Shown piece by piece: positions 27,601-34,901 of a stretch of DNA of 64,000 nucleotides; positions within the stretch are counted from its first letter, which is position 1, and the number at the start of each line of letters is the position of its first letter. The position numbers and the translations under genes are program-made. The notes under the pieces are model-generated. The model saw only the letters and a list, made by a program, of their open reading frames with translations, did not search any database and was not told the DNA's origin. The DNA comes from an uncultured delta proteobacterium. Lineage in GTDB: Bacteria > Myxococcota_A > Polyangia > Polyangiales > Polyangiaceae. The stretch spans positions 1,216,001 through 1,280,000 of the forward strand of contig CAVOKF010000005.1 of the NCBI GenBank assembly GCA_963696385.1, in the 5' to 3' direction.

Positions 27601-28230
27601 ATGGTGCGGTCTGGGGCGGCGACACTTTGGGGCGCCATGATGGTCTCGGGCTGCGGATCGTCGTCGCCGAGCATTTACAATTCATGGATCTACGTCAACG
27701 GTGGCGGGACCGCTGGGTTTGCTCTCGATTTCAAACAGAACGGCACATACGTTTCTCAGACGTTGGAACTCACGTCCTCGACGTCAGCAGACGTGCAACT
27801 AGAAACCGGCACGTTCGCGATTAGCGGTTCGACGATCACCTTTACGCCTCAGGACTGGTCATGCGCAGATTTGAACGATCCGCCATATTCGGCGACATAC
27901 ACGCTGACCGACAGCAGCTTGGAAGTTGCGGGGCCTACTGGGCTGACGGTGCTTCATGTCGACTCGAGCGCCGGCACAAACAACTTCACCGAGGTCATCG
28001 GCTGTTTCACTGCCGGAGTCTTCACGGAGTCGACGCTCGGCTGCGGCGGTGCAACTTGCTCCGCGGCTACAGGGTGCTGCGCAGGCTTCTCGTGCGTAGC
28101 GACCACTGCGGGTAGCCCCGCGGGGACATGCGCCGCAAACTGCACGACGAACTCTCAGTGCGCGTCGGGGTGCTGCGCGCCGCTATCTGACAATGCGGGC
28201 GCTTGCCAGGCGTTGACAGCCTGCAAATAG
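27601..28230 (+). CDS. Cargo lipoprotein, beta-rich domain plus Cys-rich C-terminus
   Basis: VSGC lipobox, ETGTFAISGSTITFTP beta pattern, C-terminal CC-containing disulfide-rich region; visibly less GC-rich than host genes. Confidence 0.75.
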   Translation: MVRSGAATLWGAMMVSGCGSSSPSIYNSWIYVNGGGTAGFALDFKQNGTYVSQTLELTSSTSADVQLETGTFAISGSTITFTPQDWSCADLNDPPYSATYTLTDSSLEVAGPTGLTVLHVDSSAGTNNFTEVIGCFTAGVFTESTLGCGGATCSAATGCCAGFSCVATTAGSPAGTCAANCTTNSQCASGCCAPLSDNAGACQALTACK

Positions 28231-28248
28231 AACGAAGGGTCGAAGACT

Positions 28249-29523
28249 ATGAGCCGACCGAGCACCGGGACCGTAGCGTGGCGCCGTGACGTCGATACGG
28301 GCGACTTTTGCTGGCATGCGCGCTACACGCGCGGCGACAAGACGCGAACGAACTGGATCGCTCTCGACCCGAGCATCGGCGAGGGCGACGTCGCGAGAGC
28401 GAAGGCGTCCGCGGCGAGCCTGGTCGGCACGGCCAAGTCGACCAGGAAGGACGGCAAGGGCGAGACGGTTGCCGACTACAGCGTGCGATGGCTCGCGGAT
28501 CGCGTCGGCCGGGTCGCGTCCGTGGCTGATGACCGCGCCCGCTTTCGGCTGCACATTCTGCCGATTCTTGGCGCGCTCGAAGCGCGATCGTTCACGCGCG
28601 ATGACGTCGAGCGTCTGCGCGACGACCTCGACCGGAAGATCGCCCGGGGGGACTTCTCGTGGAAGTCCGCCGCGTGCGTCTGGACGAACGTGTCCAGCAT
28701 GTGCGCCGACATGGTGAACGCCAAGAAGCGCGAGCTTCGGACTCGCGACGACAACCCGGCAAAGGACGTGAAACCGCCGGATCGCGGCGCTCGCAAGGCG
28801 AAGCAGTTCCTTTACCCCGACGAGTTCCTAAAGTTCGTGTCGTGCCCCGCAGTGCCGCTGCGTTGGCGCCGAGCGGTGTCCCTGGCGATCTACACCGCCG
28901 CACGCGACGGCGAGCTTCGGGACTTTCGCTGGGACGCGGGCGACATCGACCTCGGCCACGCCGTGCTGAACATCACGAAGGCCTACAACGAGCGCACCCG
29001 CAAGGTCGAGAGCACGAAGACGGCCGAGACCAGGCGATTCACGATCGAACCGAACCTGACGCCGCTGCTGCGGGTGATGCACCGGGATGCGCGCGGAAAG
29101 GGGCTCGTGCTGACCTGGCACGACCGGCACATGACGCGGTCGCTTCGCAGGTGGCTCCGCAAGGCGGGCGTCACCCGGCCCGAGCTCCACACGGACACGC
29201 CGACCCGCAAGGCGCTCACGTGGCACGACTTGAGAGCGACGGGCCTGACGTGGATGGCCGTCCGTGGAGATGACCCGCTCAAGATTCAGCAGCGGGCCGG
29301 GCATTCCACGTTCGCCACGACGCAGATCTACATCCGCACCGCGGAGAGTGTGCGCGCAGGCTTTGGTACCCCGTTCCCCCCGCTGCCGAGTTTCGTCATC
29401 GAAGCGTCAGTGACGGAACCAGAATCACCGTCGAGCCAAAAACAAGGCGATTCGAGCTCCGGCTGCTGGACTCGAACCAGCGACCCGGCGGTTAACAGCC
29501 GCCTGCTCTACCAACTGAGCTAA
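28249..29523 (+). CDS. int: Tyrosine integrase (integrated form, 424 aa)
   Basis: Catalytic residues R (TAARDGEL), K (STKT), HxxR (HDLR), H (AGHS), Y (TQIY). The ORF runs through the att core and ends antisense inside the tRNA. Confidence 0.95.
   Translation: MSRPSTGTVAWRRDVDTGDFCWHARYTRGDKTRTNWIALDPSIGEGDVARAKASAASLVGTAKSTRKDGKGETVADYSVRWLADRVGRVASVADDRARFRLHILPILGALEARSFTRDDVERLRDDLDRKIARGDFSWKSAACVWTNVSSMCADMVNAKKRELRTRDDNPAKDVKPPDRGARKAKQFLYPDEFLKFVSCPAVPLRWRRAVSLAIYTAARDGELRDFRWDAGDIDLGHAVLNITKAYNERTRKVESTKTAETRRFTIEPNLTPLLRVMHRDARGKGLVLTWHDRHMTRSLRRWLRKAGVTRPELHTDTPTRKALTWHDLRATGLTWMAVRGDDPLKIQQRAGHSTFATTQIYIRTAESVRAGFGTPFPPLPSFVIEASVTEPESPSSQKQGDSSSGCWTRTSDPAVNSRLLYQLS
29455..29483 (+). 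repeat. att core copy within tRNA-Asn 3' end
   Basis: Identical to 22213-22241. Confidence 0.96.
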
Positions 29524-29529
29524 GCCGGA
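29457..29529 (-). tRNA. tRNA-Asn (GTT)
   Basis: TCCGGCT-TAGCTCAGTTGGTAGAGC-A-GGCGG-CTGTTAA-CCGCC-GGGTC-GCTGGTTCGAGTCCAGC-AGCCGGA-G cloverleaf, 73 nt, CCA not encoded. Confidence 0.97.
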
Positions 29530-29544
29530 AAACTGTGGCAGGCG

Positions 29545-29574
29545 CTTCTACCGTTCGCGGCCCCAAGCCGTCAA
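29545..29574 (-). promoter_or_regulatory. Candidate sigma70 promoter of tRNA-Asn
   Basis: TTGACG-18nt-TAGAAG followed by a GC-rich discriminator, about 15 nt before the tRNA. Confidence 0.5.
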
Positions 29575-29583
29575 GAAGGGGCC

Positions 29584-31440
29584 TCATACGGTAGCGAATG
29601 CGGCGTCGGAGATGTCGATCGGCGTCCGGTCCTCCTCGGCCATGAGCGTGGCTTTGAGCGCGACCGCCGGAAGCACGTTTCGAGAGAAGTAGAGGGCGGC
29701 GGCGACTTTGCCTTCGTAGAACGCTGCGTCGGGGTGGCCCGCGGCGACCGTGCTCTTCTTTTCCAGCGCGATCGCCGCTCCGTCCAGCAGCATCCACGCC
29801 ACCGCGGTCTCGGCCATCATCTCGAGGAACCGATTCGCGTGAAGGGGTACCAGCGTCACGTTGCCCGTTTGGAACCACGTGAGCATTCGCATGGCGCTCG
29901 CGCCAAGAGCCTCCTGAGCGAACGACAAGGTTTTCGCCGCCGGGCCGAGCGTCGGATGCGTGGCTGTCTGGCGCACAAACTGCCCAATGTCGGCCAAGAA
30001 GGCGCGCAAATTGGCCCCGCCGGCCTGACCGAGCTTGCGGCCGACGAGGTCCATCGCCTGGATATGGTTGGTCCCTTCGTAGATGCTGAAAATCTTGGCA
30101 TCCCGGCAATATTGCTCCACCGGGAAATCCCGGGTGTAGCCGACGCCTCCGTACGTTTGGATGGCGGTCTCGCAGACGCGGAAGCCCTGGTCGCTGCCGT
30201 ATGCCTTGACGAGCGGAACGAGCAGATCGACCTGTCCTTGGTGATAGGCGGCCTTCGCCTCGTCGCGGTCGCTCAATGCTCGCGCGCAATCGGTATGGTG
30301 CGCGAGCTTCACGGCGAGTGCACGAACTCCTTCGACGCGCGACTTCATGTCGATCAGCATCCGGCGAACGTCGGCGTGCTCGATGATCGAGACACGAGGG
30401 GCGGTCGGATCCTTCCAGTGTTTCATGCTGGAGCCCTGCTTGCGCTCTTTGGCGTACTCGAGCGCATTGAGAAATGCGCTCGAAGCGACGCTGATCCCTT
30501 GAATGCCGACGGCGATTCGCGCGCTGTTCATCAGTCTGAACATCTGCGGCATGCCCTGGTTCAGCTTTGCGTCCCCGCCAACGGGCCATCCGAAACACTT
30601 TCCTGCGTCGCCGAAATTGAGCAGACACGTCGCCGAGCCGTTGATCCCCATTTTGTGCTCGATGCCGGCGACTTGGACATCGTTCGGCTCCAAGAGCGTG
30701 CCGTCGTCGTGGGCACGGATCTTGGGCACGATGAAGAGCGTCAAACCTTTGGTCCCCGAAGGCGCACCCTCTACCCGTGCCAGCACGAGGTGGACGATGT
30801 TGGTCGTCAGATCATGGTCTCCGGCCGAGATGAAGATCTTCGTGCCGCGAATCGAATAGCTGCCGTCGCCGTTGCGCGAGGCGCTCGTCTTCGCGCTGCC
30901 GACGTCGCTACCCGCCTGGGGCTCGGTGAGGCACATCGTTCCGCCCCAATGTCCGCCGAACATGCGCGGGCAGTAGATCCGCTTCTGATCGTCGGTGCCG
31001 AATGCATGAATCACCTCGGCAGCGCCAATGGTCAGGCCCGAGTACATCTGAAACGCGGTGTTGGCGCCGCTGAGCATTTCTTCGACGAGCACTTGCAACG
31101 CGCTCGGGGCGCCTGCTCCGCCCCACTCGGGATCGACGCCGATCTGCTTCCATCCCGCTTCGTACAAGCTCTGCCAAGCGCGTTTGAAGCCATCGGGGGT
31201 GACGACGCTGCCCCCCTCGAGCCGGCACCCTTGCGCGTCGCCGAGCGCGTTGAGCGGTCCGATGACCTCGCGTACCCACCGGTAGCATTCCGAGAGCGTC
31301 GACCTGCACTCATCGGGGCCCCAGGCCTCGAAAGGAGGCCGTCCGAGCAGTTGGTCCAGGCGAAACTGCTCGAGCAACAGGAAGTTCAACTCGCGGATGT
31401 CGGCCTTGTACCGGTTGATGGTCGGAATGGGCTTGGACAC
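29584..31440 (-). CDS. Acyl-CoA dehydrogenase
   Basis: GTMCLTEPQAGSDVG, GTKIFISAG, EHKMGINGSAT, IQTYGGVGY, SIYEGTNHIQ. Confidence 0.95.
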   Translation of the reverse strand: MSKPIPTINRYKADIRELNFLLLEQFRLDQLLGRPPFEAWGPDECRSTLSECYRWVREVIGPLNALGDAQGCRLEGGSVVTPDGFKRAWQSLYEAGWKQIGVDPEWGGAGAPSALQVLVEEMLSGANTAFQMYSGLTIGAAEVIHAFGTDDQKRIYCPRMFGGHWGGTMCLTEPQAGSDVGSAKTSASRNGDGSYSIRGTKIFISAGDHDLTTNIVHLVLARVEGAPSGTKGLTLFIVPKIRAHDDGTLLEPNDVQVAGIEHKMGINGSATCLLNFGDAGKCFGWPVGGDAKLNQGMPQMFRLMNSARIAVGIQGISVASSAFLNALEYAKERKQGSSMKHWKDPTAPRVSIIEHADVRRMLIDMKSRVEGVRALAVKLAHHTDCARALSDRDEAKAAYHQGQVDLLVPLVKAYGSDQGFRVCETAIQTYGGVGYTRDFPVEQYCRDAKIFSIYEGTNHIQAMDLVGRKLGQAGGANLRAFLADIGQFVRQTATHPTLGPAAKTLSFAQEALGASAMRMLTWFQTGNVTLVPLHANRFLEMMAETAVAWMLLDGAAIALEKKSTVAAGHPDAAFYEGKVAAALYFSRNVLPAVALKATLMAEEDRTPIDISDAAFATV

Positions 31441-31582
31441 GGCGGCGGCCTCCTCACGATCGTTCGACTCCCCAATGAATCGCCATTCAGTTTAATGCCA
31501 CCCGCGGTCTGGCGCTAGCTCGGTCACGCCGACGTGTCTCACGCCGAGCGGGCGGGATTTCAAAGCGCAGGTGCCGGCGGCA

Positions 31583-34500
31583 TTACAGCTGCGCACGAAC
31601 GAGGACGAACTTGTTGCAGAGGGTCTTGTCGGTGACTTCGCGGTACGATTTGGCCGCGACCTCGTTTTTCAGACCCCCGAGGCGACCGTGCTCCGTGATG
31701 AAGTAGAGGACCTTGACGCCGGCTTCGCGCTGCTTTTTCAGCCATGTGGTGAACGGCGCTCCCGTCGACACGAACGCGGGGATGCGATTGCCCGTGTAGA
31801 AGTTCTCGCCCTTCCAGTTCATCTGGTAGGCGACCAGCACCTCGTCGCGCGACGCCCGATCCGCGTAGTAGGCAGCGATGATCTCGTGCTGGCCCCAGTG
31901 CTGGGCGGTACGCTGCATGTATACGTCGAGCCCCCATAGGCCCCAAACGAAGCCGAGGACGCACACAGCGGCGACGGCGTGACGGCGAATGACCCGTACC
32001 GCGAGCGCCAAGCAAACCAGGGTCGCTACGGCGCTAAACCCGACCAAAGCGGCCGAGAAATCGAGCGCCTCCGGCCATGGGCGCCGGTAGTTGTACGTGA
32101 AGAGATGCAAAAGCCGAATAGCGCCCGGTTGATCGGCCGACTCGCCGCGGAAGATCAGGTCGCGCGCGACCACCAGAAGCAGCAAGGCGGCGGCGACTGC
32201 ACCTCCAGCCAGCATGCGCGAAGCGTGCGCACTCGGCTCGTCGTCTCGCTCGAGGTTGCGGTCGTCGGGGGGTCGCAGCAGGAATACGACGATGCCGATG
32301 AGTGCCGCGCCTGCGACGAACAATAATCCGCCCAGGAGCGGCGACCCCGGCGACAGCGGGCTCTCGGGCTGCTTGAAGCCCATAAAGGACCCAGGTTGAG
32401 TGCGCGCAATGCCGACGACCATCAGTGTCACCCCGGCGAACAGGCCGGATAGGTAAAGCGGCAGTGCCCCTCGTTGCGCGAGAGCGCGTTGCCCCAGCAT
32501 GTCGTCGAGCACGAGGCCGACGAGCATGGCCACCGGTGGGACTGCGGGAAAGATGTAGTGGTGAAACTTCGTGCCCATGTACGAAAAAAGCGCGAAGCCG
32601 AAAACGAACCAAAGACAGAGGAGCACCGCGGCGTCCGACCGGGCCTTGTCCTGCTCCGAGTCTCCGCACCGAAGCCACCAGAGCAAGCCGATCGGTGCGA
32701 GTCCCGTCCACGGGAACAAGGCGTAGCCGAGCTGCCAAACGTAGAAGCGGAAACTCGTGTCGTCGCCTTCGTTCGTGTCGTGAACGTGGTGGAACGCCCG
32801 ATTGAACATGTCGTGAAATATCAGTCGATCGGTGAACGGCGCACCATGACGCACGTACATCGCGACATACCAAGGCATTCCCACGGCCAGCAGCAAGAGC
32901 AGCCCGGTGACGATCTCGAATTGAGGAATCTCGCGCACGATGCGCACGACGCGTGTCACGAATTCTTCGCCGGGACGGGACGCCGCCAGATACGCGAGCG
33001 TGACCAGGACGGGAATCCCGAACCCCGCAGGGCCCTTGCCGAGCGTGGAGACGGCCGCGAAAAGCCAGCCGGCCAGATAGCAAAGACGTCGAACGCGGCG
33101 CTCTCCCCAGCTCATGTACAACGTGACGCCCAGAGCCAGGGCCCAGATGCCGCCTTGCACGATGGGCTCGAATGCGCCGAACAGCCGCCAGACGACCTGG
33201 TTGAATCCGGTTGGTTTGCCGGTCAGATGAGGGATGAAGGCAGGCAGCGTGGAGTGACATTCTTCGTTACCCGGCAAGCCGCAATTGCCCAGACCGGACC
33301 CACTTCGAAACTCGTCCCAATGCCAATGGAACCCGCGCGCGCCGGGCCGCCAGAGAAACTCGATGTTGCGAGAGCACAGATACAGAATCTGTGGCAAGGC
33401 GCAGAGGAGGATCGCGCCGAAGACGAGGTGCCACGCAGTGAGTCGAAACCGAGCGCGGCCGACGATGACTTCGTAGGCGCGAGCCTCGGTTTCCGGAGAC
33501 GCGTTGAGTCCGATCATGACGAATGCGATGCTTGCCGTCATCGTGGCGACGAACGGCATGTCGGTCATCGTTTGATGTGCGAGAAAATACCAGTCGGGCA
33601 TCGTGGCGAGGACGAGGCTCCCGAGGAACGCGGCGCGGCGCCCGAACGCCTTCGCGACCGCCTTGTACAAGACGTACATCGCCAGAATCGTCACGAGCAC
33701 GACGGGAGCGCGCACCGCCCACTCGGGGTGCATGATCGGCGCCGTCCCGTTGCCGATGAGCATCTTGTCCGGCTGATAGTGGACTCCGAGCGTCGCCATC
33801 GCGATCGCCTGCATCCACATGTCGAGCACGGGCTTGCTCCAGAACCAGCCGTCCTGCGCCCACCAAAGGCTAATCCAATCGTCGCGGGCCAGAATCTCTC
33901 GAGAGACCTCGCCGTAATGGGTCTCCCACGGATCCCAGAGCGCCGAGGTACCCATGAGTGGAAAATACAGTGCCGCGGCGATTGCGATCACCCAGAACCC
34001 GTGACGCCTCCAGAGCGGACGCTCCACGCCCGCGTCTTCGAGCTGCCACGCCCCAAGCTTTAGACCCAGGTCGAACAGGGTGGCTACGCCTCCGACGAAC
34101 GCGAGCGTCACCACGACTCCCCACGCTTTTTGCGGCAACACACTGCCCGACGAGGCGAATCCCAACGCGGCGACGAAGGCGAGCCAGGTGCTCGCGCACG
34201 CGGCAAGCGGACCGGCGAGCGTACGGAGCGTCGTCGACCTCGCAACGCGGTCGTTTGGATCGTCGAACGTTCCAAGCAAATCCATCACGCCCCAGGTCGC
34301 GACCCCGACGAAGATCGTCCCGACCGGGACGCCCCATCGCCATTGGCCTTCGCGGCCCATCAAGACCAAGGACGCGATGGACGCCAGGACCATCGGCACC
34401 CCGCCGCGCACGAGCCGTAGCGGGTTCCCAGGGCGCAGCAGTGGCGCGGACTCTCGTGGGGCGTCCGAAGCGGCGGTGCCGTCGTTCCCTGACTGGGGCT

Positions 34501-34798
34501 TGGGGACGGTGGAACCCGTCAGCACGCTGGCCCCCGAGCCGCCTTCGTCGCGCGGCGAAGCGCCCGGGTCGGCACCCTGCGGCGCCGTCATGTAAGCGAT
34601 GAATGCCGCCACGAACGATGCGGCGGCGCCCGCCCAGAGGGCAACGGGCAAAACGGCACCCCCGCGGTCCGTCGCGCGCAACGCGGCGCTTATCGCGATC
34701 ATGACGCACCCGCTGACGTTGAGCCATCGCCGCATCACGCCCGCCTTGGCGGACAATGCGACGTAGCGAACCGGCTCGCTGGTGTTCGTGTCGGTCAT
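31583..34798 (-). CDS. ArnT/PMT-like GT-C glycosyltransferase (family 39-like), large
   Basis: LWDPWETHYGEVSRE, FWSKPVL, LGKGPAG, PWYVAMY, TKFHHYIFPAVP; many TM helices. Start uncertain (ORF to 34831). Confidence 0.85.
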   Translation of the reverse strand: MTDTNTSEPVRYVALSAKAGVMRRWLNVSGCVMIAISAALRATDRGGAVLPVALWAGAAASFVAAFIAYMTAPQGADPGASPRDEGGSGASVLTGSTVPKPQSGNDGTAASDAPRESAPLLRPGNPLRLVRGGVPMVLASIASLVLMGREGQWRWGVPVGTIFVGVATWGVMDLLGTFDDPNDRVARSTTLRTLAGPLAACASTWLAFVAALGFASSGSVLPQKAWGVVVTLAFVGGVATLFDLGLKLGAWQLEDAGVERPLWRRHGFWVIAIAAALYFPLMGTSALWDPWETHYGEVSREILARDDWISLWWAQDGWFWSKPVLDMWMQAIAMATLGVHYQPDKMLIGNGTAPIMHPEWAVRAPVVLVTILAMYVLYKAVAKAFGRRAAFLGSLVLATMPDWYFLAHQTMTDMPFVATMTASIAFVMIGLNASPETEARAYEVIVGRARFRLTAWHLVFGAILLCALPQILYLCSRNIEFLWRPGARGFHWHWDEFRSGSGLGNCGLPGNEECHSTLPAFIPHLTGKPTGFNQVVWRLFGAFEPIVQGGIWALALGVTLYMSWGERRVRRLCYLAGWLFAAVSTLGKGPAGFGIPVLVTLAYLAASRPGEEFVTRVVRIVREIPQFEIVTGLLLLLAVGMPWYVAMYVRHGAPFTDRLIFHDMFNRAFHHVHDTNEGDDTSFRFYVWQLGYALFPWTGLAPIGLLWWLRCGDSEQDKARSDAAVLLCLWFVFGFALFSYMGTKFHHYIFPAVPPVAMLVGLVLDDMLGQRALAQRGALPLYLSGLFAGVTLMVVGIARTQPGSFMGFKQPESPLSPGSPLLGGLLFVAGAALIGIVVFLLRPPDDRNLERDDEPSAHASRMLAGGAVAAALLLLVVARDLIFRGESADQPGAIRLLHLFTYNYRRPWPEALDFSAALVGFSAVATLVCLALAVRVIRRHAVAAVCVLGFVWGLWGLDVYMQRTAQHWGQHEIIAAYYADRASRDEVLVAYQMNWKGENFYTGNRIPAFVSTGAPFTTWLKKQREAGVKVLYFITEHGRLGGLKNEVAAKSYREVTDKTLCNKFVLVRAQL

Positions 34799-34901
34799 GT
34801 CGGAAGCTGTCGGCGGATAAGGGCCGGCCAAGCCTGCCGACCGCGCCCGACGGCATTAGCAACTTTGAGCGTCGCGCACTAGGAGTTCGTCGGCCTGACC
34901 C

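Larger units (their letters stand above)
22213..29483. mobile_element. Integrative element (satellite/IME-like, 7,242-bp circle) inserted in tRNA-Asn
   Basis: 29-bp direct repeats at both ends matching the tRNA 3' end; tyrosine integrase, Xis-like HTH, prim-pol, serine recombinase and TA cargo; no capsid or conjugation genes seen. Confidence 0.92.

Noticed and set aside
22213..29483. Complete prophage
   Set aside because: No terminase, portal, capsid, tail or lysis genes between the att repeats.
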